Shown here in pieces: positions 26,372 to 40,268 of a DNA stretch of 64,000 nt. A program made the position numbers and the translations under genes. Below the pieces are notes generated by a model. It saw only the letters and a program-made list of their open reading frames with translations, made no database searches and had not been told where the DNA came from. Numbering within the stretch: position 1 is the stretch's first letter; each line of letters begins with the position of its first letter. The stretch is from assembly GCA_973895155.1 (NCBI GenBank), contig OZ316892.1, positions 1,987,223 to 2,051,222 of the forward strand, written 5' to 3'. This DNA is from Marsupella aquatica. Its lineage: Eukaryota; Plantae; Marchantiophyta.

Positions 26372-26480
26372 GTAGCTACAGTAGATCTGGGACTCGAAGT
26401 GGCCATGATTTCTGAAGAAATGGGATGACATCGTAGCTACAGTAGATCTGGGACTCGAGGTGGCCATGATTTCTGAAGAA
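26372..26480. repeat. Direct repeat (~50 bp x2)
   Basis: cgtagctacagtagatctgggactcga.gtggccatgatttctgaagaaa occurs twice. Confidence 0.85.
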
Positions 26481-26814
26481 ACGGGTTGTTGAAAGGTGAA
26501 GGAAGGACTGTACTTGAAGCACTACTGCGTTTAGCATAGTGTGTGCTCTGGTCGACAAAGAAAACGGACTTTGTGGAGAGCGGGATTCAATCTAGGATGA
26601 ACATTTCTGCATCTCCGGGCGATTTTGCGCGACAAAATTTATTCAACTGGGTTCCGTAGATGAGTAAAATTGAAGTCCTAGTCTGTCCGCGCTCTTTGAA
26701 TGAATTCATCTGCCATTCATTACTACCATATTGCGGTGATCTAATGTATGAATGACATATTCCATCTACGCCATTCAGGGACAGAAGTGACTCTCACCTT
26801 GAGTGCAAACCCTC

Positions 26815-27130
26815 CCTCACATTCCTCAAGCAGCTGTAACCAGCGATACCATTCTCCATTCCTCTTCACATTTTTTCAACGCATATATCCAGCTCCAGTA
26901 CTATCCTTCATTTGTCTTCACATTCCTCCTCTTCAAGCATATACCCAGCTCCAGTACTATCCTTCATTTGTCTTCTCTGCGCTAGGCAGTAAGCGCCATT
27001 ACATTCCTCCGTTTTTCTCTACATTACTCAATTGATCTAAACATTCAGCTCTGCCGTTCGTCTTCACATTCCTCTTAGGATCGAGCTCATCAGTACCATC
27101 CTCCATTCCTCTTCGCATTCTTCAAGATCT
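26815..27130. repeat. Pyrimidine-rich degenerate tandem repeat directly upstream of the monooxygenase
   Basis: Recurrent cacattcctc(t) and ccagctccagtactatccttcatttgtcttc units. Confidence 0.75.
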
Positions 27131-27150
27131 CCACATCAAGAGCCAGCAGT

Positions 27151-28449
27151 ATGGCACTTCCGATGAACGCCAACTTCTCAGTAGGCATCATTGGCGCAGG
27201 CCTTGGCGGCCTCCAACTCGCCCGTGTCCTCCAACTGCGCGGAATCCACAGCACTGTCTTCGAACGGGAGGCCTCCCTCGTCTCGAGAGATCAGGGCGGC
27301 GTGCTAGACCTCCACCCCGAATCCGGCCAGCGAGCTCTCCAAATCGCTGGACTGCTGGACCATTTCAATAAAATCGCACACCCGGAGGCGGACGCCATGA
27401 GGATCGTCGACAAGAGGGGCAATGTGACTTTCGACGATGAGGAGATGGATTTTGGGCAGGGATCCGTGGAGACACCGATAGAGGAACAGCAGCAAGGGGA
27501 GGAACATCAAGAAGGTCCACCGCCGAATGCCAGGCCGGAAGTGGACCGTGGAGAGCTGCGGCAAATTCTGCTCGATTCGCTTGTTCCCAACACGATCAAG
27601 TGGGGGCACAATTTATCCTTCTGTGAACTCATCTGCAATGGAAAAGTTGAGCTGGTCTTCTCCACAGAAGCATCACCACAAAGAGTAACAGCAGTCTTCG
27701 ACATGGTGGTAGGCGCGGATGGGACATGGTCTCGCGTCCGACCACTCCTCTCCCCCGCCAAGCCAGAGTACACAGGAGTGTCATTCGTCGACCTTCAGAT
27801 TGGGGATGTCGATGGCGCATTCCCAGAGGTGGCTAAATTAGTAGGAAGAGGCAGTCTCTTCGCATTGGGGGACGACAGGGCCCTCATTGCTCAGCGGAAC
27901 AGCGGCGGGAAGGTGAGAGTCTACGTTGCGTTCCGTGTTCCATTCTCCTGGGCTGCACCATCATCTGGGATAGCCCTCCTCGTCGCGCAGCAGCAATTCG
28001 CCAAAGTGCAAGAGTACCTCCTGACGGAATTTGCCGACTGGAGCGACACTTTGAGGGCCATGATTTCGTCGGCTGATTTGGTGAATTCGACCTTTGCAGT
28101 GCGGCCTCTGATGACACTGCCCTCGGAACATGTGTGGGAGAGCATTGGGAAAGTGACTTTGATAGGCGATGCGGCTCATGTGATGTCGCCGTTTGCAGGA
28201 GAGGGTGCGAATCTCGCAATGCTTGATGGGGCAGAGTTGGGGGAGACGATTGCCAATTGGCGTGACGGGGATGGGGAGAGGTCTTTGGTGGACGTTATTG
28301 GGGACTTCGAGAGGAGAATGCTGGCGAGGTCCAAGGAGAAATCGGAGGAATCGATCAACAATCAGAATTTGTTTATGGGTGACAATGCGGCGGAGAGAGC
28401 GGGGAATTTGATGCGGGATCTCATGTCCAGGGGCCCTCCTCCTGCTTGA
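27151..28449 (+). CDS. FAD-dependent monooxygenase, TetX-like family, intronless (432 aa)
   Basis: IIGAGLGG FAD motif, RDQGGVLDLHPESGQ, RPEVDRGELRQILLDSL, VVGADG.WSRVR and LIGDAAHVMSPFAGEGANLAMLDG, all characteristic of TetX-related group A flavin monooxygenases. Confidence 0.9.
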   Translation: MALPMNANFSVGIIGAGLGGLQLARVLQLRGIHSTVFEREASLVSRDQGGVLDLHPESGQRALQIAGLLDHFNKIAHPEADAMRIVDKRGNVTFDDEEMDFGQGSVETPIEEQQQGEEHQEGPPPNARPEVDRGELRQILLDSLVPNTIKWGHNLSFCELICNGKVELVFSTEASPQRVTAVFDMVVGADGTWSRVRPLLSPAKPEYTGVSFVDLQIGDVDGAFPEVAKLVGRGSLFALGDDRALIAQRNSGGKVRVYVAFRVPFSWAAPSSGIALLVAQQQFAKVQEYLLTEFADWSDTLRAMISSADLVNSTFAVRPLMTLPSEHVWESIGKVTLIGDAAHVMSPFAGEGANLAMLDGAELGETIANWRDGDGERSLVDVIGDFERRMLARSKEKSEESINNQNLFMGDNAAERAGNLMRDLMSRGPPPA

Positions 28450-30917
28450 GCTACACACACTTCAGTTAAGCTACAAGCGATTGTTGTGCATAATCCTAGC
28501 CAGCTAATGAATGCTTGATATCCCTGAGTGGCCAAAAAGCTGAGAGTACGATGACATTTTATATCTACAGCGCTCTTCTCGGATGACATTGGGTTGCAAG
28601 GAACAAGGAGGCAGTTGATTTAAAATCGTTGGAGACTTATTGGTACCTGCAATATCGAATCAGGTACTGCAGTTTTAAAAATGCACAAGTTACTCTGGGC
28701 AATCTCAAACCTTTCGTGCAGCGATGATGATTTGGGAGGGACACAGATGTACCATTTTACGAATCAGCTTCAGTTGATATAAATAATGTCCGATATGTTA
28801 GGTGAAACCCTACATTCAGTCGTTAGTTTACACGGTAGGACATACGCTGATTTGATATGAAGCGTTGGAGAAGGCCTGTGTGCTGAACAATTGACGTGAT
28901 TGATCGGGCTTTCTGGGGAATCGGAAAAATTGCCATCATATTTGTGAGTTCGTGGAACTGTAAGCAAATCAAGGGTCATTCACCGTGGACAACAACTGGG
29001 ACGATTGGAGGGTACCAAAACAGCTTTTCTCAAAGGCAGAACAGATTCGGCTCAGTTGGATGTAGGGGTTAACGTTGAAGATGGTCTAGACAACTAGACA
29101 GAGCTATGCATTCCGTTTCTCGTAACATGGAGCAGATTCTCCGGCAGCCCAGGTCCGCCTTCAATCTAACTAAGCACAGTGGAAAGTATTGATTGCGATC
29201 CTCTCAAGAAGATTATAAAATCGGTTTTACTGGTGTACAAAACCAGACTTTCGTATCACGAAATTCGGTGTGGTTACAGCAGCTGAATTTGTAATGGACT
29301 CATTCATCAAATACTTTAGAACTGGTGGAAAATGGTCTTGCTGGATCATAAATCTTAAAAGTCTGTTAAGCATTTGAGATCCACTAGAACTCCGAACGTT
29401 TTGATACAGGAAGTGTGTTGCTTTACTACTTGAGAAAAATATCTGCCCAAGAACTTCTGGACTGCCAATATGTTGAGAATGACTCTTTGAAGAATATGCA
29501 TCCGTGAATACTTCTTGTGGATGCCATTATTTTTCAGTTTGTTCAGATCAGTAAGCAGAGTACAATCCTTGAATAGACAAAATCCTGCAATGAAGTCTGA
29601 CTCATAAAACAGTTACGGAGGTGACCCACAACTTGAGTTACGGCTAAATGTTCTCCTGAAACCTGTGGCCATTTCCCAGGAATTGGTTATGCTCAGATTG
29701 TACATGGAAGGAAAACGACACAGAAATTGCTCCCTTGAAGCTCAGAGCATGCCCAGAGCTCAATTTGTGGTAAGAAAGAGACTGACTACCTCCATGTATA
29801 TATGCCCTTGAGTGAATCTCACGGAAGGACCAAGTAATTCTTCCCCAAAGAACTGTGGATAGATTTGCCCGTGCATCGCCGTGCACCCCTGCACTTCGTT
29901 CTGATCGGAGTAAATTCTGTTGGAGACTATTTGGGATGACAGTCAGGACTAATCACACAATCAATCGTGGTCAGAAACCCCGAGAAGATCTTGGAAAGAC
30001 TGCGGGAGAGCAACAAAACACGCGACGGTCAGAGCATGAGTAACCGAGGAGTAGTGCAGTAGTGGTTCAAATTCTTTGAATCTGTTGAATGTGCTAAAAA
30101 ATGAGCGAAACAGGATGAGAGGACTAATCAAAGCATTAGGGACGCAAAACCTGCGTCGAATGAACATCCATTGCATTCCATGAAATCCTTCTTCGATATC
30201 CTTCGTCGATATCCTTCTTCGATATCCTTCTATGTGAACAGCAGATTTACCTATAAATCAATACCCTGAACTCAAAAGTGAAGAACCTCTGGTTAAAATG
30301 TATATAAATTAGACGAATGGAAACTGCAGAACTACCCACAAAAACCGTAGCTGCAGTGTTGTGCAATCGATTCAGGGAGTACGACCTATCCCCAAATTGG
30401 AAAATTCATCGAAGATGCTCTTCCCAAGCTACAACATTTTTCAACATCAAGATGTGTTGAGATGCTTCAATCCATCATGTTCACGAAACGTCGTCTTCGT
30501 AGCTTACAAGAGCTGTCAAGTCCTATCTTTAATTTTGATGCTAGCATAGAGCATTTGGAGGGACCAAGAATTAGGCATTTTGTCTTCTCATCAGCTATAC
30601 GTAAAGTGCCATATCTTAACAAATAAGTGAAACGTGCAAGTTGAATAAGTGATACGCATGGTTGCTTCATGTGTACCTCTGGGATCATTCCCTTTGCCTT
30701 TGCCTCTGGCTATTCTTCAACTTTTGTCTTTTGAACTTGTGGCCACAGTACTAAATTCAACCCAAATTTGTAAACCAGATATGTGTCATAGTTGAGATGT
30801 GACAAATCATCCCACAGTCCCGGCAAGTAATTGTTGGTTTCTTTGGTCGGAGTGGGCCAAGGTGCAACACCCAAAGAAGTCTACAAAATGGTGGGGGCAC
30901 TAATGCTAAAAGTTCCG

Positions 30918-30953
30918 TGAGTTGAGTTGAGTTGAGTTGAGTTAAGTTGAGTT
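30918..30953. repeat. (GAGTT)n microsatellite
   Basis: About 7 units of gagtt. Confidence 0.9.
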
Positions 30954-33454
30954 GCAGTAAATGCTTGGTGTTGGCTTTTGTGTGATGTGTATATGATGGT
31001 AATCCAAATGCTATAAGAGAACACTAAGAAGCCTCAGTCTTCCTTTATAGATCCCAGCTTACAAAATAGATAGAGATACCCTCCAAACTTATGACTCATT
31101 TGTTTTTAGATACATTTGTACATTTTTTGCTACTCAAGCCCTTGCTCATCAACAAACAATCACACCATGAAGGCTTTCTGTCAGGGATGATGCCGATGTA
31201 TTCTAACCAGCCCCCAAACAGCCCATTTGGTTTCAGAGCAAGGGAGGAATTTTCTGGTTTAAAGTTTTAGAAGCGGAGAGAATGTCAGGGAATGAGGGTG
31301 TAAGGGGTCTTACAGTCTTTGGGAGCTTGGTTGATTTGGGCATCTTTTTCTTAGGTCGACTGTCATCTCCCTCCCTACCTCATCAAACACCAATCAGTTG
31401 TCTCTTTCCATCTTGGATGTAACTCGTCCCATTCTCATGCTCTCAAAACTGAAAGGCCTGTTCCACCAGCCCTCAACGCCTAGTTAATGGTCTCTCCTCT
31501 AAAATGAAGTTTCTGTTTGGTGGGTGTGATGGCCAACCTCACCATTCAGGCCTTTATTCCATTTATTAGCCTTTGAGTGAGGCCTCACCCTCTTCAGGGT
31601 GAAAAGAAGCAGTGTGGAGGGTTGGGTGGCCCATCTACTCCCAAGTTGAAGTTGACAGTCCCCTCAAACCCTAAACAATTGTGATCTTTCCCACAGATTT
31701 TGGAGATAGAAAGGTATACCATAAAGCGTGTTATAGATTTGTATTCTCTCAAAATCAGCATGAAGCTCCTGTGCATTTTGGGTAACTGTGTTATCCATGC
31801 ACGGTTAGGGCATGACACAAGTAATCCAAACTTTACATGACATAGTTTTGAGAATAGAAAAACAACTATCCTCTCTATATTGCACTGGCCTCAATCTTTG
31901 ACTGCCAATCTCCATGCAAGCCTAGAAACAATTAGCAAAATGCAGCGTAAGAAGGAGGTGATTTGCATTGTTGCAAGCACCTTTTTTTTTAGTGAAAAAG
32001 ATTTGCCAAATTCCATCTCCCCAAAAAGCTTTTTGCCATTTTTGGCAAAAATGCACTAGTATTTTTCTGTCTCATTAGCCAGTGTTTCACCTAATCACAG
32101 GTTCCATTAGCCAGAATCTCACTGTAGTCCTTACATCTAGGGAGATATGACTCTCACGAAAATAATGGGATAAGGAATCTTTTGAGCATCTTTTAATTCA
32201 CACACTGGAAAAAAATTTAAAAATACACTGGTTGCAAGGTGACAAGGGCCGATGGAATACAGGCCTCACTCTCGTCCAAGGAGCCCTCAAATGACTACAA
32301 GGGCCCATGGAACACGGCCCCTCATCTTCTCTCAAGGGCGACGGTCCTGATGCCGTCGAGGCCGAAGTCGGCCGCCGTCGTGGGAATCCGGAGCCCTTTG
32401 GAACTGACGCCTGAGGTAAACGAAAATAGGTCCTCGTATTTGAGGCCTCGGCTCTACAGTACTAGCAGTAGAGCATTACGAAGCCCTCTCTTTATTATGC
32501 TCCTCTGGGCCCCGATTCTGTCCCTTGTCGCCCTCTCCGTCCTCGATCCGATCACGGGTTATTCCTCGATACCGTTAATTGGCATCTTACCCATTCCCCG
32601 AACCGATCGCCCACGATTCGCAGATTGGGCACTGCTAAAGGATGGATGGAGTATCATTCCGTCCAGTCCAGTCCAGTCCACGCTGCATAAGTGCAGCTGT
32701 ATAAGTGCATTATGCGGTTCAGTGGAGACGGCCATGACCCGGAGTATTGCACCAATTTCTTTTTTTAAGCGCACCAAAATGGCAATTTGCATAAGTGCAG
32801 GTCTACCCTCACTAACGACAAATACATGATTGAGTACACTTATGTGTGCATGTGCTTATCAATTATGGCGGCGATGCATACATAAGGAAAATTTATTGAT
32901 AGGTGCCACCACAATTGCATGAAATAGTGTCATGCACTCATCCAGTGGAATTGCGCAGTATGCAATATGGGGTGACATCAATAACCCTATGCAATAACCC
33001 ACTCAAATCCCGGGTGAGTTGACATGTGAACCCAATTTCAACGACTCACACTTAAAATACAGTCTTCAACTGCAAGAGGCCTCTAGGTGGTGCTTCACCC
33101 TAGGTCACCAAGAGTTCCAAACAAGACAACTTCCTGATTGAGAGAGCGGCTTCACCTTGTTAGAGAGCTCTTGTTAATTCACCCTCAGTTTTTACAGTCA
33201 ATCAATTTTTGGGCTATCATGAATCTTTCCATCCAGTTCATTTGTGAACAACCTTATCCTAAAAATAATATTCTTTGGTCTATTGTGACCATGTAATTTC
33301 TGTATAGAATACAGGTTACTAGTGTGTAACCATTTTAGTAGGTACTTGCTATTCTCATAATGTCTTGCCTGATAGTAGCTTTTTCAGGACAGTAATTATA
33401 TATTATAATGGGGGTCTGAGCAAGGGTTCTAGCCCAAACCGTGCTCCAAGAAAA

Positions 33455-33773
33455 TGTTAGACATTTACTCATAGGTTTGGAGTTACGACTATAACCTAGT
33501 TATGGCTAACCTTAGTCGCGTACTTAGTTAGATTAGTCATGTTGCACATTATATCCTCAAGCATGTTCATTGTTATGGGGCCAATTAAAAGATAGGGAGA
33601 ACTTAATTGTATTGCGGAGACTTGATATGACCAATGGATCTAGAGTATAGTAAAGCTATCATGTGTTCCTGTGGATGTCACCTTAGCTAAAGTGAATTGA
33701 TATCTCTTTGTGCGTATTATTTGTGAGTTGGATGATCACGGCCTTGGTGTTATGAACGTTATATTGCTCAACA
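33455..33773. repeat. Dispersed LTR-like repeat, copy 2
   Basis: Starts TGTTAG and is homologous to 1493-1670. A possible end is ...ctcaACA. Confidence 0.5.
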
Positions 33774-34670
33774 AAGAACTCAGATATACTTCCCGGCTGT
33801 CATTAGGTTTCCTCATTTTTTAATCATGTTTCTAATCTAAACAGGCTCATAATCCTAGACCGGACCACCATTATCCTCGACACAACTTTGGTGACTGGCC
33901 TAGTGGAGTGTGCACTTACAGAGAATTCACTCTAGTAGCTCCTCCAACTTGCCGGCGGCCGGTTTCTTGTCCGGGTTCTCTCATTCCCTCGCTTCAGCAC
34001 AAACAAGAGTTCGTCATTCCCTCCGTTTTAGCGGACCCGCTCTTTTGGCCCTGGTTAATAAATGCACCATCGGACATCTCCGCGTTGTCCGGACAGTGTT
34101 GTCAACTTACTCGTGACTCGAGTCATTACTACTATTACGTGTAGTCTAGACTTCGGGAGTTCAGGTTGTTGTCGATGTTGGTGTTCTTCGTGTTGGCCCA
34201 CTCTGCTTCTGCAGCGAGCTCCGGCAAATCGGGCTATGCCGCTGAAGTGCTGAACTGGAGCTCTGTCTGAACGCCAGCCAGCAGAGAGGGGGCGAGGGTG
34301 GGGCCGAAATTGGATTGCCCGTCTGAAGAGCTTGGCATGGAGTGGAAGCGCTCGTGGGCGGAGAGAGCGATGCCGGAGGACAGCGGGCGATAGACGGAGG
34401 CGTTTGTGTGCCGAAGTAGGAGAGGGAAACGGAACGGAGAGAGAGAGGGAATGGAGGTGAATTGAAACTTCAAGAAACGCAACGGGAAGGGGAAGGGAGG
34501 GGGGCGTGGGAGAAGCAATGCGCAATAGACTGATGAGACAGGGAATTGGAAGATAGGAAGGGAGGAACAAGAGCTGATTGGGCTCGAGGGTTTTTGTATC
34601 ACAAGAAGATCGAAAAAGAAAAAGCGAAGGAAAGAACGAACGAAAGGAAAGAAGTGAAAGGAGAGGAGGT

Positions 34671-36855
34671 ATGGCGGCCATCGCAAAGGCTGCTGTTGCT
34701 GTCGCAGGAGGCGCTTTGACTGCTACTGCGAATAGCAGTGCCAGAAATGGAGGGTCGTCTGCCAAGCCTTGCATTGTGTCCATGCAGCAGGGGCCTATTT
34801 CCATCTCGTCCCTCTGGGGTTCTTCTGTGGAGAGCACTTCATCTCGGATTTTCAGTGTAAGACATTGCCAGTATTCCTCCTGTGCATGTCCTGGAGGGAT
34901 TTGGAATTGGCCTCTTTCTTTGCGAGTCGGTCGGTCAGCTGCGGAGCTACTTACTCCTTGATTGGGCGGGCATGGATCTTGCACCGTTAGTCTGAGTTGT
35001 GCGCCGACATCTTAATTCTGGTGCAGGCAGTCTCCGTTTGGAACGCCAATGACTGGTCTAAATGTTTGGTGTAGTGCATACTGGATGCCTCAACTACTTA
35101 TGAAGATAATATTCTAGAAAGAATTCGTTTGAACTGTGTGGGAGGTCGAATATTTTTCCGCGGATGCATTCTTAGTTCTGACATCAATCATTGTCTTCCA
35201 GGCACGTGTTGGGCTTAAGCCTGTTGCCTGTGCTCAGGTTAACGAGGTGAGAATGGAATCTCTCCCGTCCTTGTTTTCCCGTCTGTAATCCAAGTGTTAT
35301 TCTCAACACGTTGATAGTTTCCATTTTGCTGGAGGCATCTCTTGGTCATAATTGCGCTGAGCTTTCGTTCTGGTCTCATCATAGGTTGCAGTAGAAAACC
35401 ATGTCCATTCTTCCCCAAAGCTGGGGGCACTTCCTGAAATGCCGGAAAAGGAAATCAAGGAGGAGCCTTCAGTCGAGCCTCCTTCGCAGTCAGCAATTTC
35501 CGCACTCATGTCTGAGGTTGCCAATCTTGTGAAGTAAGTTCCTTCATCTGAGGAGACTGCAGTGGAGTTATTTGAACTGATACACGTGTTGCAATTCACT
35601 TTGAAGTACTGAGTTGCTCAAATCGACCATCTAGGTAGTGAATGAATCGGCCAGACTTTCAATTTTCTCTCGCAATTTTGACGAGTATGAACCGTCAAGC
35701 AATATTTTCTCCGCTAGACATTTCGTATCCAGCCTGAATTTTGTTTGGCTTCCTTTTTCGAAATCTGCAGTTCGCCATTTTCTTTCCTAACTGATTGCAT
35801 CCACATCACTTGTTTTCTAGATTGGTGGATTCGAGAGACATTGTTGAGTTGGAGTTGAAGTCCAAGGACTACGAACTCATCATCAGGAAGGAGGCACAAC
35901 AACCCGCGGCTCCCCCGATGACCTTTCCTGGACCTCATGTGATGGCTCACACTACGTTCCCCGAACATCCTTCTCCACCACCCGGCCCTGTTGCTGCACC
36001 TGCCCCAGTGGCCTCCCCTGCCCCACCGGAACCCACTCCTGCTGCACCGTCACATCCACCAATGCTTTCACCCATGGCTGGAACCTTCTATAGAAGCCCA
36101 GGTCCAGGTGAAGCAGCCTTCGTTAAGGTGAGAATGTTGCCGAACGTCCTGTGAATGACCCTATCCGTGCTTGAGAAAAATCTGTGACGAGGTGTTGTTA
36201 ATTGGTGCTGTCGGAAATTTCTTACATACCTCTGTTTTCAATACACATTGGGGTTTCTATTATTCGCAGGTTGGAGACAGGGTGACAAAGGGCCAGGTTG
36301 TTTGCATCGTTGAGGCCATGAAGTTAATGAATGAGATAGAGGTAATTGCTCAAATTCTGAACAGTGTTTTGATACTATTATTCTATGGATCGTGACCTTT
36401 GTTTAGACTGAGCAGTGGTGGGTACATACGAGGCATTGTTGTGAGTTTGAGACGTTGGTGAGACTTAGGTGCATGGCTTAGGTGATGATACGATCCGTGT
36501 GTTCAATGCCCAGGCTGATCAATCTGGAACAATCGTGGAGATTCTGGCCGAAGATGGAAAGCCCATCTCCATGGAAACAGTAAGTTCTCAATGACGAAGT
36601 CTCTGCAGTTCTTTGGATTTATGGAAGTCGCACATTGGAGGTTTCAATAAGGACGAGGGTTCCTGTAGGTACATCTATTCTTAGGCAGGTCATCTTGACT
36701 TGTTAGGATGCTCAGGTGTCAGTTCCATACACTACATTTATGTACTCTTTTGAGTTTTGTCATAAGGGAATGTGTCTTCCTGTTTTTGCCATGGAACAGA
36801 ACTGACGAATAACATGTTTTCTATGTTGCAGCCCCTTTTCTCAATCAAAGCCTAA
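34671..36855 (+). CDS. BCCP: Biotin carboxyl carrier protein of plastid heteromeric acetyl-CoA carboxylase (multi-exon, transit peptide)
   Basis: Ser/Ala-rich transit peptide, VANLVK|LVDSRDIVELELK, Pro/Ala linker, SPMAGTFYRSPGPG, biotinylation motif IVEAMKLMNEIE, ADQSGTIVEIL, and final exon PLFSIKA*. Introns are GT-AG. Confidence 0.95.
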
Positions 36856-39800
36856 GCTTGAGAAACCTTGAGGAGGGATTGTGTTTTTTCAGCTGGGTCA
36901 TTTGGAGTCTACGCCCAGGATGAAGACTGGAGCAAGGACGTTGGGAAGTGCTGGGAATTCTGATTAGTAAAGGCGAAGCCTAATTTTGCTTGGCTTTTAA
37001 TCGCCATATGAAAGTAGAATCTAGAGTTCACATTCAAGTCTCTTGGGTAAACTATAATAGAAAGGTTCTGGGTGTAGTGTGTCAAGAGGCTTCAGTTTAG
37101 GGGTATACTTGTGTTTCTGAGTGAAGCTCCTTGGGAGCAGGTGCAACTTTGTTCCCATCACCGGCTGACTAGAAAGGAAAGCTAGTCTCCTTTTGTAAAC
37201 GGGGTCACAATGTTGGCAATAGGATTTCTACTTGCACAAGAAGGTTTTAAAGGAGTTTTGTAACCGCATGGTTTGCATATTGATTTCTCTGCAGGAAAGC
37301 TTTAGCAAGGAAATTATCAATGATTTCAATCCGTTGTGGAGAGTCTCTTAGTAGTGTAATTGAAACCGATGTTCAGCCGCACTCTTAAACCTTGTCAGTG
37401 TTCTTTGTGCAGTGCTTTCTATGAATGGAGTCCATGCTTCCTCGAGGTTTCTTCTCAGGAGTATTTTAATGAACCTAGATACTTCAGCCCCGTTACACAC
37501 TGCTTTCATAATCCTAGGGATCCAAGTTAAGATGTGACTGAGCATATTTCAGGTCCGAGTCTTTCAATGTGGCAGAGTTTGAGTCCCGTCTTTGGTTTCT
37601 TTGATCGTGTGCGTGGATTACTCTGAACTTGTACACTCTGTCACGGAGTTTTGTGGAGGTGCATCCTGGGGACTACGTGAGCATCTGGCTTGGGGGCTTT
37701 TTCAGTCAGTTTGTGCTACGTGTGAGCTGGTCGATACGCCAGTCGATGGCTCCGTGATCCCTCCTCTATGCCTTTCTACCGAATTTCCAAGAGCAAGAAA
37801 TGGATGTTAGTACTCTCTAGTGAGACCAGTTGAAAGTAACAGCTGGACTGCTCCAGACGCCGGCGAGCGATTTCAGAATATGCTACACATGTATTACCTT
37901 GATTTGATCGTCCAGAGAAGACGAGACAAGTACGAACGGACAAAAAACTTTTGACCCTCATCGAATTCTGAGATGACTGGAATCTATCCATCACTGGATA
38001 TTTTGCACATCTATGGGTTGAAACAACCATTTTTCTTAGAACTAGCCTGATTTCGTCAAACGACTCACCAGTCCCTCGCGTGAATTAGCCTCTCACTAAT
38101 CGATTGTAAAATAGAGTTATACCAAAAGTGTTTGAAACCTGATGAGTGGACATTTTGATTCAAGTTCAGGGTGACTTAGTGTTTAACATCAGCTTGCGGG
38201 TGTTCAATACCTGGGTAAAACTGATTTTGATTCAAGTTCAAGGTGAGCGTGATAGAAATTAGAGTTGAGATTACTAAGATTCATTTTAGCAAGAGATTTG
38301 GGTGCATTTGATAATTACCAAAATCAGGAAGTAGTGAAAATGTCTGGCTGTCCTTTTATGTGCACTTTACCGGAAGGCTATCCGTGGCCTTCTAGAGTTC
38401 TACTATATTCACTGAGGGAGGACGAGGCAAGGAGCTGACATCATTGTTCAATGCTTTACGGTACAGCATACAAATCCTGCCTTGTTGCGATTGTTTGCTG
38501 AGACTCTCATCAGTGATTTTTGTCTGTATTTTGTAAGCGAGTCGAACTGCCGAATGTCTCCATTCAAGGTCTCTGAGAGAAAATATTACTAAAATTATGA
38601 AAAGCAATTAGATATTTCCTAATATTAAAGAAAGCGGACAGATTTTCATAGATCTGGTAAATTCAAGTTCATCTAAAGGCAAATTTTGCAAATTTAACTT
38701 ATTTTTTCCTCTGGATTCTCTGGTATCGTTCCCAAGTTGCTTTAAGGACGTAAGATTTTGGCGAATATTTGCCAACGAAAAAATCACTGATTCTCATTTC
38801 CTAGATCTGACAGCCCTGGTCTTAGATGACTTCATCAAGATGGTCAAGCGATCTCCCAAGGTCCGAGTCATTTCGTGTACAGTTCTGCTTGTTCGAGAAC
38901 TTGGTACTGGAGCCTGAGAATCATATTAGCACAATTTCTTGAGAAAAGTTGGAAGGTCGATTAAAAAAAAATTTGTTGGTTTTCAAACGCAGTCTCCTTA
39001 ACAAGAAAATGTGCCCCTTGGCGAGAATTTCCCTGCATCATCCAGTACAGGAAATTCATCTTGAACGCGCATGCACTACCTTAGTCCAGTTTATTCGAAA
39101 TCTGGAATTTATGGCGTTGAACTTTGTTGCTCTTTAATGGCTGAAGCGGATGTTATGGTAGCAATGAGATTTCTGAAGTCTGAAAACCCTTACTCTGACT
39201 AGAGTTAGAGACGATTGAGATAAACTGCTAGTTGTGTGGCGTTTTTTGTTTATACTTCAGTGCAGCCCAAGTCTCCTTTTGCCGGGTTGAATTTGCATCT
39301 AATCAGTATAAATTTTAGAGCAGCGTAAAAAGATTGGCGTGGTCTATGTCACTGATGGGGCACTATCCTAGATGCTCACTCTTCAAACTCAAGGCCCATG
39401 TGTCTTGCCCAAGACTGGCAAACCTGAGAAGAACAGGATGGCAGAGAAAATACCGGAAGTCCATTTTCACAAAGCCGTTATACACGTCCTTTATTCAAGT
39501 GGACCAAGCGATGCTATTCATTGAAGGAAATTGATGAGAAGCTGAACTTTGGCCAAGTCTTTGTAGTGGGACACCAACTCACAGCAGCCAGTGGAGCCAA
39601 TGTGCTCCATTACTGCAAGACTCGACAGCTTCCCTTCGTGAACTCATTGCTTAATTGCCAGTTATACACTAACTTGAGTAGAGATTGATGCGTCTTACAA
39701 GGAAAAATGAACAGGACGATGCGAAACACCAGACGACTGCAGGGTACAATGGGGCTCCAAAATGATGAACAACGACAGCTAGGATGATCGATGGACAACG

Positions 39801-40268
39801 AGAATTAGAAGCCTGAGAAAATCCATTGAAAGTTCCATTAGGCACTTTACAAACAATGTGGTCAATCCGATTATATACATGGGTCAACATCCCCAAACAG
39901 AGTTGAAAGAATCGATGATATCCTGAATCCCCTACACTGTTTCAATAGATGCTCGAGCAGCTCAGAAGCCTCGACCCAGCACCCGCAGAGTCATGGCTGC
40001 ACAACTTGTGAGCGAACTGAAGTGGAACCTATCTTGCCAACTCCACCCTTGATCGGAAACGCCTTCCTCTCTGGAACAGGTACTACCCAGCGAGAGTTAC
40101 AAATAACATCGTTCTGGGAAAATCCCGAAAACGTGGCTGATTGGGAGGAGCCACTAATATTCACATCGTTGCAACAACAAAAAAAAGAGTTTCATTTCCG
40201 GTTCGATACAGTGCAAGGGATTTCTATCTGTAAATGATTATTTGGTCCAAAGACCCTCCAACGATTGT

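Noticed and set aside
28700-30260. Possible small spliced gene on the minus strand
   Set aside because: Some exon-like segments are present, but I could not build a consistent model or recognise a motif.
32239-32829. 196-aa ORF
   Set aside because: It has a non-ATG start, no recognisable domain and no splice support.
1493-33773. A single giant LTR element bounded by the two TGTTAG repeats
   Set aside because: The copies are well diverged, there is no TSD or PBS, and the interior consists of normal host genes.
34055-34984. 309-aa minus-strand ORF
   Set aside because: It lies antisense to the GA-rich 5' region and first exon of BCCP, has low complexity and no recognisable domain.
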